A stretch of DNA of 32,191 nt from a virus (lineage: Duplodnaviria; Caudoviricetes), in the IMG/VR virus record IMGVR_UViG_3300010005_000043, positions 1 through 32,191 of that record; one strand, 5' to 3'. Below, in pieces: positions 1 through 8,102 of the stretch. Both the position numbers and the translations under genes were made by a program. The notes beneath the pieces are model-generated. The model made no database searches, had not been told where the DNA came from, and worked only from the letters and a program-made list of their open reading frames with translations. Each line of letters starts with the position of its first letter. Position 1 is the stretch's first letter.

Positions 1-1194
1 ATGGGGAGCCATACTCGTAACGTACTGACAGTAAAATCAATCGCGGCCAGTAAATCCAAGAAGCTCCGCGACGGCGGCGGCCTTTGGCTGGTAACGAAAG
101 GCGATGCGCGCTATTGGGTTTTTGATTTTACCCACAATGGAAAGCGCCGGCAACTCGGGCTCGGGCCGCTGCTGAGCGTCGGTCTGGCTGAAGCAAGGGC
201 GAGGGCCGATGAAGCGCGCAAGCTCGTCCGACGCGGGGTCGATCCGATCGCCCAACGCCAAGCTGCCGAGGTCAAAGCGATGACGTTCGGCGAGTATGCC
301 GACTCTTTCGTTGATGCTGCGGTTAAGGCTGGCCGCTGGCGAGGGGCGAAGACCGAAGCAAGGTGGCGAAACCTCCTAGAAAATCATGCTGCGGGTCTCC
401 GACGGAAGGCGCTGAACGCGATCGGCGTTCCCGATGTGCTTGAGGTGCTGAGGACGGTGTGGGGAGTCCGGCAGGAAACCGCGGAAAAGCTGAGGGAAGC
501 TATCGAACGTGTGCTGGATGCGGCTAAAGTGGAAGGGCACCGGAGCGGCGAAAACCCGGCCGCCTGGCGCGGTCAGTTGGAGCACGTGCTTCACAAACCC
601 AATATTTTAACCGCAAAGAAGCACCACTCCGCGATGCCTCACGCTGAAGTTGCGGGCTTTATGAAGAAGTTGCGGAAGGTTCCAACGGTCGAGGCGGAAG
701 CGCTTCAGTTCTGCATTCTGACCGCCACCAGGAGTGGGGAGGTGAGGGGCGCAGTCTGGTCGGAGTTTGACCTTCAAAAGAAGATATGGGTAGTCCCGGC
801 TGTTCGAACAAAGCCGGGCAAAGAGCACAGAGTTCCCCTCTCTCAACAAGCCGTTACGCTTCTAAAGCAGATGGTGAAAAAGTCGGTGAATGACTTTGTT
901 TTTCCTAGCGTGCGTGACGGGAAAATGCTGGCCGACGCAACGCTTGGGACAGTGCTTAAATCCGTCGATACTAGCGGTTATACCGTGCATGGATTTCGAA
1001 GCGCATTCAGGGATTGGTCTACGGAAGTTGCCCACGCGCCCCGGGAGATTGCCGAGGCCGCACTGGCACATGCCGTCGGCGACGCAGTGGAGAGGAGCTA
1101 TGCCCGGTCTGATGCCTTGGAACGGAGAAGGGCTCTGATGCAGGCGTGGGCGGATTACATTGTAAGCGGGTCTTTGACAAATGCGTCAAGCTAA
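1..1194 (+). CDS. int: P4-like tyrosine recombinase/integrase
   Basis: N-terminal arm-binding domain (LRDGGGLWL...RRQLGLG...LAEARARA); catalytic ATRSGE, HGFR, LAH, RSY motifs. Confidence 0.95.
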   Translation: MGSHTRNVLTVKSIAASKSKKLRDGGGLWLVTKGDARYWVFDFTHNGKRRQLGLGPLLSVGLAEARARADEARKLVRRGVDPIAQRQAAEVKAMTFGEYADSFVDAAVKAGRWRGAKTEARWRNLLENHAAGLRRKALNAIGVPDVLEVLRTVWGVRQETAEKLREAIERVLDAAKVEGHRSGENPAAWRGQLEHVLHKPNILTAKKHHSAMPHAEVAGFMKKLRKVPTVEAEALQFCILTATRSGEVRGAVWSEFDLQKKIWVVPAVRTKPGKEHRVPLSQQAVTLLKQMVKKSVNDFVFPSVRDGKMLADATLGTVLKSVDTSGYTVHGFRSAFRDWSTEVAHAPREIAEAALAHAVGDAVERSYARSDALERRRALMQAWADYIVSGSLTNASS

Positions 1195-1221
1195 ATTTTG
1201 CAACCGAAGCGAGATTATTTA

Positions 1222-1250
1222 CTTGCTAAAATTGTAGAATTTAACTATAT
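1222..1250 (+). promoter_or_regulatory. Putative sigma70 promoter for the alpA-rep early operon
   Basis: CTTGCT-N17-CTATAT, close to rhizobial RpoD consensus CTTGAC-N17-CTATAT, in an AT-rich gap. Confidence 0.7.
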
Positions 1251-1255
1251 AAGTT

Positions 1256-1430
1256 GTCACGGTCATCATGGTGACTGTCGCGGGGTGGTACCCGCCAAGG
1301 ACCAATATGAGTTGGTCCGACCCATTTGGGTTAAGCAGCGGAGAAAATCCGCCGGCAGTGCGTCCGAGTCGCATGGCGCTTGCGTCGTTCAATCTCAACC
1401 CGGCATGCCCGCCGGCCACCGAACCTTCTC
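1256..1430 (+). ncRNA. Structured 5' leader / candidate regulatory RNA
   Basis: Closing stem ACTGTCG(1274-1280)/CGGCAGT(1353-1359) enclosing four short hairpins; more hairpins downstream. Confidence 0.45.
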
Positions 1431-1490
1431 GAATTAAACCTAATTCAATTGACGCCAGGAATCCGTTCCGAGTCATCTAGAGGAGACACC

Positions 1491-1700
1491 ATGATCCCGA
1501 ATAACGACAACTGTCCCGTTCTCGTTTCGCTGAATGACGCCTGCAAACTGACAAGTATGAGCCGCTCCATGCTCAACCGGTACCGCGCGGAGGGCCGTTT
1601 CCCGGTCGCCGTGGAGCTTGGCGACCGTCGCGTGGCCTTCGTCCGTGCTGAGGTCGTGGAGTGGGTCGCGGCGAAAATCTCGTCAAGGGCGGCGGCGTGA
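1491..1700 (+). CDS. alpA: AlpA-family transcriptional regulator/excisionase
   Basis: ATG after AGGAG; LVSLNDACKLTSMSRSMLNRYRAEGRFPVAVELGDRRVAFVRAEVVEW is a typical AlpA HTH. Confidence 0.9.
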   Translation: MIPNNDNCPVLVSLNDACKLTSMSRSMLNRYRAEGRFPVAVELGDRRVAFVRAEVVEWVAAKISSRAAA

Positions 1701-1821
1701 CCTGCCCTTGACGCTTACAGTCGCACCCCGGTTAATGACCCGCGGCGCCACCGCATTTACTCCCTACGCCTCTCACCAGCACATCATCACAGAACCGGCC
1801 TCATCGCCGGTAGGAGGAATC

Positions 1822-2268
1822 TTGCCTATCATCAGCACCAAAGAAGGCACGGCCATCAATTCGGATCACGTGGTCCAGTTTACGCGCTTGCGAAATGGCC
1901 AGACGCGTTTTCTCCTTTCCACGGGCGGAGAGGTGACCGCGGAGGCTTACCGTGAGGATATCGATGACCTCTTTGTTCCGGTATTGCCCGCCCAACCCGG
2001 CTTCGTGGCGATCTTTGTCGATCGTTTGAGCGGTGGCACTTTGCACTTCCGGCACCGCTCGGTAGTCGCCTGGCGTCTCTGCGCATCGGGAAATTACCCG
2101 CTCTTCGAGGGATACGGTGGAGACGCAGACGACTACGCAGTGATCATAGATCCTGCCGGCGGAGTCTTTGACTCAGATCACAACATGTGGCCCACACTTG
2201 AGGACTGGCGGAAAGAGTACGAGGCGGAGCAAAGCGAGATCGCTGCCAGCGTGGTGAAGGCCGCCTGA
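1822..2268 (+). CDS. Hypothetical early protein
   Basis: TTG start after AGGAGG, in frame with ORF 1618..2268; stop overlaps next ATG. Confidence 0.7.
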   Translation: MPIISTKEGTAINSDHVVQFTRLRNGQTRFLLSTGGEVTAEAYREDIDDLFVPVLPAQPGFVAIFVDRLSGGTLHFRHRSVVAWRLCASGNYPLFEGYGGDADDYAVIIDPAGGVFDSDHNMWPTLEDWRKEYEAEQSEIAASVVKAA

Positions 2269-2531
2269 TGGGCCACCCTTCAATCATTGCAGTCAGACCG
2301 GCGCCTCCTGGCGCTGGTCGGGCCATTGCGTTCGTCGATGTCCAACTCAATGGACTGCGGCTGTTCAATTTGAAGCTGGTCGATGGCCCCTCGGGGCGGC
2401 GGATTCATGCGCCCTCCGCGTACGGCTCGTCTGTTGCGACCTTCACGCCTGACCTCGCGGCTACACTGGTCCGCCTCGCCAACCAATCCATCGGAGATAT
2501 CGCCCGCCATGACCGCAGCCACGCAGCCTAG
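2268..2531 (+). CDS. Small SpoVG-like nucleic-acid-binding protein (putative)
   Basis: AIAFVDVQLNGLRLFNLKLVDGPSGRRIHAPS resembles the SpoVG beta-strand pattern; coupled to neighbours. Confidence 0.55.
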   Translation: MGHPSIIAVRPAPPGAGRAIAFVDVQLNGLRLFNLKLVDGPSGRRIHAPSAYGSSVATFTPDLAATLVRLANQSIGDIARHDRSHAA

Positions 2532-4737
2532 CCCCTCGATCCTCTTCGATGAGCCAGCGATCCGAGAGCACGTGCAAATGTTGCACGAGCTTGCTAGTGG
2601 CATTGATGGCGTTCTCGTCGTCTCGGTTTTCAACGCCGCCCTGCCGACAGACAAGGGTATAATCACACACCACCGCGTCGGCGACGTTGACGGAATGGTC
2701 GACGCCATAATGGCGCACGCTAGTACGGACCACATGAACGTCTACTCTGGCCTCCAGGTCATGCGTTCCGGCTTGGGGCGCGGCAAGCGCGGAACTGAGT
2801 CGGATATCGTCGCGGTGCTCGGCCTCGTGGCCGACATGGATGGAGACACGGGAAAAGCGGCCGGCGAACTGCCAGTCGAGCCCAATTACACGATTGAGAC
2901 GAGCCCGGGGAACGGGCAGCCCGCTTGGTTGTTTGATCGCGCCTTGCCACCGGCAGAAGCGAGGCCGCTTGCAGCAGCTCTCCGTCGCGCCACAGGTAGC
3001 GATGCGGGGACCGCTGATATTTGTCACGTCTGGCGCGTCAGTGGCACTCTAAACTGGCCTGGCGCCACTAAGCTCGCCCGCGGCCGCTCGCCAGACCCGG
3101 CACCGGTCACGATTGCCGCGGCATGGGATGGGTCGTTCACCAGCGTTGAAGACCTCCGAACCGCGCTTGAGCCGTGGGCTGCGGTTCCAGCGGCTGCGGA
3201 GCCAGTGGCACTGGGCGAGCTTCCAACGGTCGACTGCATCGAGGTCAGCCCCGTCGCTGCGGAAATGCTGTTGGCGGATGATGTTGAAAAGCGCTCCGAG
3301 CACGCGGCTCGCGTGGTCGAGCAGTTGGGTTTCGATGGGCTTACAGCGGAGCAGGCCTGCGCAGTGTTCCTTTCGGCAACTGGCAACTGGTTCGCGCGAT
3401 ACGAAGGAAAGGACCCGGTTGCCGACTTTACGCGGCTCTGGGGAAAGTATGGCGCTCACCATGCCGAGGAGCGGGCGCATGCAACCAACGTGGCGGAAAT
3501 CTTCTCGGGCAGTCGTGCTAAGACCCCTCCACCCGCGGCCAACGACAACAAACCCACGCCCGCTCTGTCCATTTTCGATTGGACGGCAGACAGGTTCGTT
3601 GGCGCCGCGCCTCCGGTCGAATACCTCGTCGACGGCGTCATCCCGATGGGAGTCCCAGGAATGGTGTCCGCCGCTGGTGACACCGGTAAGTCGTACGCGT
3701 TGCTGGAACTGCACCGAAGGATCGCGTTCGGTTCGACCAAGCTCGCCTCACCCATCTTCGGGGGCAGGGTGGTCGCCGAGGGTACGTCTGTGATGATCAC
3801 CAGCGAGGATGACGCAAACGAGGTTCATCGGCGCGTTGCAGCACTCGACGACAGGGAGCAACGCTACACGGCCGCAGGCAAGCGCATGATCATCGTGCCG
3901 TTGCCATCTGCCGGTGGTGCGCGCGCGTTCTGGCGAGAGGATCGAAAGAGGGGCCTGCTGGAGACCGACGATTTCAGGAGCATCTGCGACCAACTCCTTA
4001 GTATCTCCGATCTTCGGCTGGTGACATTCGACCCTTTGGCCTCGTTTGCCCATCTTCCGCTGAACGAGGACCCGACTGCGGGCCAATTTGTTTGCTCGTC
4101 GTTGGCGCGGCTGGCGTCGGAAACGAAGGCGACGGTGTTGGTTGCCCACCACATGCGTAAGTCCAAGGCCCCGATCGAAACGCTTTCAGACGCCCGCGAG
4201 GCGATCCGCGGCAGTACGGCGCTGGTTGACGGGTTACGGTTGGCGTATGCCATGTGGCCGGCTGATGAGGCCCGTGCGAAGCGGATCTGCAAGTCGTTGG
4301 GCATAGGTCACGAGCCCAACAAGATCGTCCTCGGCGGCGTGGTCAAGGCGAATGGCGCGGCGCGGCGGATCATGTCCACATACGCTCGAAACGAAAGTGG
4401 CCTGCTGGTCGACCGCACGGCTGGGCTGGGAGCGGCGGCTCCCGCACAAGGTGACCTTCGTGCGGCACTAGTGATCTCAGTCGAGGCCGCAGCGGCTGCT
4501 GGCACGCCCTTTAGTAAGACGGGTTCTAGTGGGCTTTTCGAGCTGCGAGAGCGTCTTCCAGAGGAGCTTCGGCGACTAGGCAAAGCCCGCCTTGTTGCCC
4601 TCGCTACTGATGCGCTCGAACGCGGGGAGATTGTTCGCGTAGCGGCTCGCGGCGAAAAAACCGCAAAATGGCTCGACGCTCCGACCGGCATGTTTGCCGC
4701 TGGGATTGGTACTTTCACGGCTGGAATGCCGCGCTGA
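2509..4737 (+). CDS. Primase-helicase replication protein (RepB-like primase N-terminus, RepA/AAA_25 helicase C-terminus)
   Basis: ATG after GGAG; VADMD and IETSPGN primase motifs; Walker A AGDTGKS, Walker B VTFDPL, AHHMRK and IRGSTAL RepA motifs. Confidence 0.85.
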   Translation: MTAATQPSPSILFDEPAIREHVQMLHELASGIDGVLVVSVFNAALPTDKGIITHHRVGDVDGMVDAIMAHASTDHMNVYSGLQVMRSGLGRGKRGTESDIVAVLGLVADMDGDTGKAAGELPVEPNYTIETSPGNGQPAWLFDRALPPAEARPLAAALRRATGSDAGTADICHVWRVSGTLNWPGATKLARGRSPDPAPVTIAAAWDGSFTSVEDLRTALEPWAAVPAAAEPVALGELPTVDCIEVSPVAAEMLLADDVEKRSEHAARVVEQLGFDGLTAEQACAVFLSATGNWFARYEGKDPVADFTRLWGKYGAHHAEERAHATNVAEIFSGSRAKTPPPAANDNKPTPALSIFDWTADRFVGAAPPVEYLVDGVIPMGVPGMVSAAGDTGKSYALLELHRRIAFGSTKLASPIFGGRVVAEGTSVMITSEDDANEVHRRVAALDDREQRYTAAGKRMIIVPLPSAGGARAFWREDRKRGLLETDDFRSICDQLLSISDLRLVTFDPLASFAHLPLNEDPTAGQFVCSSLARLASETKATVLVAHHMRKSKAPIETLSDAREAIRGSTALVDGLRLAYAMWPADEARAKRICKSLGIGHEPNKIVLGGVVKANGAARRIMSTYARNESGLLVDRTAGLGAAAPAQGDLRAALVISVEAAAAAGTPFSKTGSSGLFELRERLPEELRRLGKARLVALATDALERGEIVRVAARGEKTAKWLDAPTGMFAAGIGTFTAGMPR

Positions 4738-4742
4738 ATATT

Positions 4743-4932
4743 CGTTCCCAGAGAGCGGTGGGAACGGGCGTTCCCGTGGGAATGGGAACGCTAAGAAGTT
4801 GTTTATGTTGAATTTCCCGTTCCCGTTCCCAGCGTTCCCAAGAATTTTGGGAACGGCTAAGTCTTTGAAAATAAAGCCGTTCCCACGTTCCCAGACTTTA
4901 CCCTTCTTTAGAAGGGGAGGCGTCTGGGAACG
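4743..4932. repeat. Iteron array, putative replication origin
   Basis: 11 exact CGTTCCC/GGGAACG copies in both orientations (4743, 4760, 4769, 4784, 4818, 4824, 4833, 4849, 4878, 4886, 4926) with AT-rich spacers, directly after the rep gene. Confidence 0.75.
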
Positions 4933-4958
4933 CCATCCCCGAAAGGAAGGAGAACAGA

Positions 4959-5204
4959 ATGATCCAACCCGTCTACCAACCTGAACTAAAATGCACCGTC
5001 CATGGCGTCTGCTATGACTTCGCGACCCAAACCGGCACCCTCGCGATGGACGAAATGAATTGCGCCGATATGGCAGGAGCGATCGCCCTGTTCCAGCGTA
5101 TCGATCCGTCGGTGAAAACCATCGCGACCATTGCCGGCGGACGGGACGATACGACCTACCAACGTCGGGGCACCGAGTGGGTGGCCTCGTCGCCGGTAAA
5201 TTGA
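4959..5204 (+). CDS. Hypothetical protein
   Basis: AAGGAG RBS, 81-aa ORF in operon. Confidence 0.75.
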   Translation: MIQPVYQPELKCTVHGVCYDFATQTGTLAMDEMNCADMAGAIALFQRIDPSVKTIATIAGGRDDTTYQRRGTEWVASSPVN

Positions 5205-5215
5205 AGGAGGATTAG

Positions 5216-5614
5216 ATGGCCGTCGAGAACTTCGAGCACCATCTTCAGAACATTCCCTACATCGAAGACGAACATGACGCTGACCGATATCTCCGCGCCT
5301 TCGATCAAATACTGGCAACGGGGCCTGAACTCGATCCTGACGTGTCGATCACCGAAGCAAGCCGCGATGCAATCCGGTTCGTCGCTGACGACGCGTTCCG
5401 CCGCGGCTTTGAGGCTTGCCACGACAACCTCTTGGCTCCTCTTCGGCAGAGCAGCATCACGAAGGAAGACGCGGAGAAAGCGCTCCAAGCGTACGGCCAG
5501 CGTGTCCGCCAAGGCATAGCTATGATTTTCGAAGACGGGCCCGGAGTTCCAACGCAAACGAGCGTTGACATCGATGAAATGCCGTTACCTCCATTGAAGG
5601 GGCTGCTGCAATGA
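5216..5614 (+). CDS. Hypothetical acidic protein
   Basis: AGGAGG RBS; ATGA overlap with next ORF. Confidence 0.75.
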   Translation: MAVENFEHHLQNIPYIEDEHDADRYLRAFDQILATGPELDPDVSITEASRDAIRFVADDAFRRGFEACHDNLLAPLRQSSITKEDAEKALQAYGQRVRQGIAMIFEDGPGVPTQTSVDIDEMPLPPLKGLLQ

Positions 5615-5835
5615 ACTGGTCGCCTAGGGAACTTCGATTGACGCGCGTCCAGGCGGAGTATTTGCGGCGTCACGATGCGTCGGTGCATCAAGGAATTAAC
5701 GACAGGACGGAATTAATTCTGTCCGCTCGTCGGATGTTTATGTGGAGGCACGGCGGTGACGGGGAGTTTTTCTTAGTTCCGTCTCCGAAAGGCGAAGCAG
5801 CATTGGCGAAATTTTACGCGAGGAGAAAACGATGA
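5611..5835 (+). CDS. Hypothetical small basic protein (possible winged-helix)
   Basis: ATGA overlaps at both ends; LVPSPKGEAAL resembles a wHTH wing end. Confidence 0.6.
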   Translation: MNWSPRELRLTRVQAEYLRRHDASVHQGINDRTELILSARRMFMWRHGGDGEFFLVPSPKGEAALAKFYARRKR

Positions 5836-6977
5836 CGGAACGCACCTCTGAGGAACACCGCGCCGAAGTTGAAGTCTGGCGGGCAACGTCGCCCAAGAAC
5901 GATCATGATATATTCGGACGGAAGTTGAAGTCCGAAAAGCCGAGACATCGCAGCCTTGCCAATCTCTCCGCACTGCTCGCCATGCGCAGCCGCCCGATCG
6001 GGGTGGCGGAAGGTGTGCCGGGGGAGCTAGCGCCAGTCATATCCTCGAACTGGCGGATCGCCCCTGCGAATGACAATCGATCACCGGACGAAGGCTTCGG
6101 TGGCGAGGCCGCGGTCGAATATGTACCGTCAATCGAGGCGATTGAAGCTGTCCTCTCCGGTCTCACTGTAAGGTGCCGCCCTGAGCCCATGATGCTCGCT
6201 GGTGGCCGACATGAGGGCCGCCGAGCGAGTAGGACAATAGAGGCCATTCCGGTCGACGGCGACGTTGAATTCGGCACCCACATCGATGATGAAGGCAAGG
6301 CCCACCGTGTAATCGTTCGCATCGGCAAGCTTCGTTTCAGCGATGGAACACAGACGGAGCGCGGCCAGAAACTCTTCGTCGATAAAGTCGTGGAAGCCGA
6401 CATTGAGATGCCGGTCGGCGCGATGCTGGGCTGCCGGGAGAAGGCAACTCGAGAGAAGGGGGCGGAAGCGGACGTCTCGTCGACCAACGCGCACTATCGA
6501 TGGATGGTCACCGGCCGGGTTGCCACGCCTCCAAAGTTGCGCCCCAGGAAAAGCGAGCGGCGCTCAATCTCAAACGCGGAAGCTGCAAATATGCTCGCTG
6601 ATGCCTACGCGAACACTCCGGTCATGCCAAAGGTTAAGCGCTACCCCGACGGTTTCCCGGCCAGCCCCACCAACTTGCGGCAGCTTTTCATCGGAGGCCG
6701 CAAGGGCAAAAGCGGGGAAAGCGGATCGATGGCCTGGGAGGATATTTTCACAGAGAAGGAGAACCGGGAGATATTCCACCGTGGGCTCGATGCAATGCAA
6801 GACGAGCACGTCCGCGTGCTTACCGAGGCGATGACTGCGAAGAGCCTTAGCGAAATCGGTACTGCGCGCGGCTTCAAGGGTCGGCACGCGATCGACGCTG
6901 GCCGGCGTTTGCTTGTCTCGGCAAACGACAACTTCGAGAAAGCGATGGATTTGGCGAGGCATGCTGCCGAGGGCTAG
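5832..6977 (+). CDS. Hypothetical protein, candidate late-gene regulator with C-terminal HTH-like region
   Basis: AGGAG RBS; last early gene before the late region; AKSLSEIGTARGF resembles a sigma region-4-type HTH. Confidence 0.6.
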   Translation: MTERTSEEHRAEVEVWRATSPKNDHDIFGRKLKSEKPRHRSLANLSALLAMRSRPIGVAEGVPGELAPVISSNWRIAPANDNRSPDEGFGGEAAVEYVPSIEAIEAVLSGLTVRCRPEPMMLAGGRHEGRRASRTIEAIPVDGDVEFGTHIDDEGKAHRVIVRIGKLRFSDGTQTERGQKLFVDKVVEADIEMPVGAMLGCREKATREKGAEADVSSTNAHYRWMVTGRVATPPKLRPRKSERRSISNAEAANMLADAYANTPVMPKVKRYPDGFPASPTNLRQLFIGGRKGKSGESGSMAWEDIFTEKENREIFHRGLDAMQDEHVRVLTEAMTAKSLSEIGTARGFKGRHAIDAGRRLLVSANDNFEKAMDLARHAAEG

Positions 6978-7005
6978 GGAAGTTTTTTGCACCTCAACAC
7001 CCTTT

Positions 7006-7655
7006 AAGGTGAAGGGGTAGGCAACCGCGTTGCTGCCCCACACCTTTCCGGGCGCACATACTGTTGCGACGGAGGCTCGGCCAGTGATGAGTCGGGCCTA
7101 ACTACCCACCGACGGTTGCGAGCTTAGGCCGCGATATTCGGGGCGAAAGCCTGTCGGTTTTCGCGAAATACGAAGGTGGCCGAGCCAGTGATGGTTTCGT
7201 GATGCGAACGGGTCATATAGGCACGCAAGTGCTCCGACCTGCACCTTCGTTCATTATTGGCAAGGCAGGACTTTGTACGCCCTGAGAAGGTCCGCTCCAG
7301 CTACGGCGCGCGCTGGCCGTTCCTTGCTGTCGACAAGAGGATCAACGCGGCAGTCTCGCCCCAACGGCGTAGCAACGGCGCCTCTTGTCCTTCTATTGCC
7401 CAATCTACGGCTAGATGCCAGCGGCTTGGACGCGGCATTCCGTTGGGTTTTATGAGCATCCTGGTCCTCTGACGGTTTGCTTGCGACGGGCATAGTACCG
7501 TGGTTGGTAGGCGATTATGCCCAACATCCTGAAACAACAGGAGGGCGCTGCAGACGTGCAGTGGCTGGATGCAGGACCATGAACCATCTCAGGCGCGCTC
7601 ATGGTTCACCTTTCCCCCATTGCCCTTGCGCGCCTCCTCCGCAGCATGGGCGATC
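7006..7655 (+). ncRNA. Long structured non-coding region (tandem hairpin and multi-branch modules)
   Basis: Consecutive self-complementary modules with GNRA loops (GTGA x2, GAAA, GCAA); no convincing ORF. Confidence 0.6.
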
Positions 7656-7657
7656 GT

Positions 7658-7698
7658 GCGGCGGCCTCCCTACGGGTTGAGGTCGCCGCTTTTGTTTT
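7658..7698 (+). terminator. Intrinsic terminator
   Basis: GCGGCGGCCTC...GAGGTCGCCGC stem followed by TTTTGTTTT. Confidence 0.75.
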
Positions 7699-7702
7699 CA
7701 GT

Positions 7703-7777
7703 GCACGTCTAGCCTAGTGGTAAGGCAGCGGTCTCCAAAACCGCCAAGGTTGGTTCGATTCCAGCGGCGTTTCGCCA
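7703..7777 (+). tRNA. tRNA-Trp (CCA)-like gene with imperfect acceptor stem
   Basis: D arm GCCT-AGTGGTA-AGGC, anticodon arm GCGGT-CTCCAAA-ACCGC, T arm GTTGG-TTCGATT-CCAGC, encoded 3' CCA. Confidence 0.7.
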
Positions 7778-7790
7778 TTCACGGTGATCC

Positions 7791-8102
7791 ATGGCCAGAG
7801 CAGACCTTCGCTCTGCCGAAGCCGACGCCTATCGCCGCCTGTACAAGACGGCACGATGGCGCCGGATACGAGAGCACCAGTTAGCGCTTCACCCCCTGTG
7901 TGAGTGGTGCCTGGAGCGGGAAGAGGTCACGGAAGCCACTGAGGTCCACCACTCTGATGGTGGCCACAAAGGCAACCTCGATAAGTTTTGGTATGGCCCA
8001 TTCATCAGCACGTGCAAGCCTTGCCACGCATCAAGAGGGCAGCTTGAGGACAACGGCAAGACGGTCGTGGTCTATGGTCCAGATGGATGGCCGATCGGTT
8101 GA
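7791..8102 (+). CDS. HNH endonuclease (terminase-associated)
   Basis: PLCEWC...EVHH...CKPCH motifs; directly upstream of terS. Confidence 0.9.
   Translation: MARADLRSAEADAYRRLYKTARWRRIREHQLALHPLCEWCLEREEVTEATEVHHSDGGHKGNLDKFWYGPFISTCKPCHASRGQLEDNGKTVVVYGPDGWPIG

Noticed and set aside
1434-1448. CtrA-like box TTAA-N7-TCAA upstream of alpA
   Set aside because: One mismatch in AT-rich DNA; could be chance
4743-4932. Repeats as a CRISPR array
   Set aside because: 7-bp units, irregular spacing, both orientations, no cas genes
4694-4984. 96-aa ORF over the iteron region
   Set aside because: FP/GN repeats are a translation of the CGTTCCC repeats
6918-6977. A tmRNA gene or fragment at GCAAACGACAACTTC
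   Set aside because: Lies in frame inside a CDS with no adjacent tRNA-Ala-like ends; treated as a peptide-level mimic instead
7074-7158. Hammerhead ribozyme (TGATGA ... GAAA)
   Set aside because: Core is GTGATGA rather than CTGATGA, and both motifs are better explained as GNRA hairpin loops
7254-7680. Short ORFs in the structured region
   Set aside because: Weak starts, no RBS, no protein-like features
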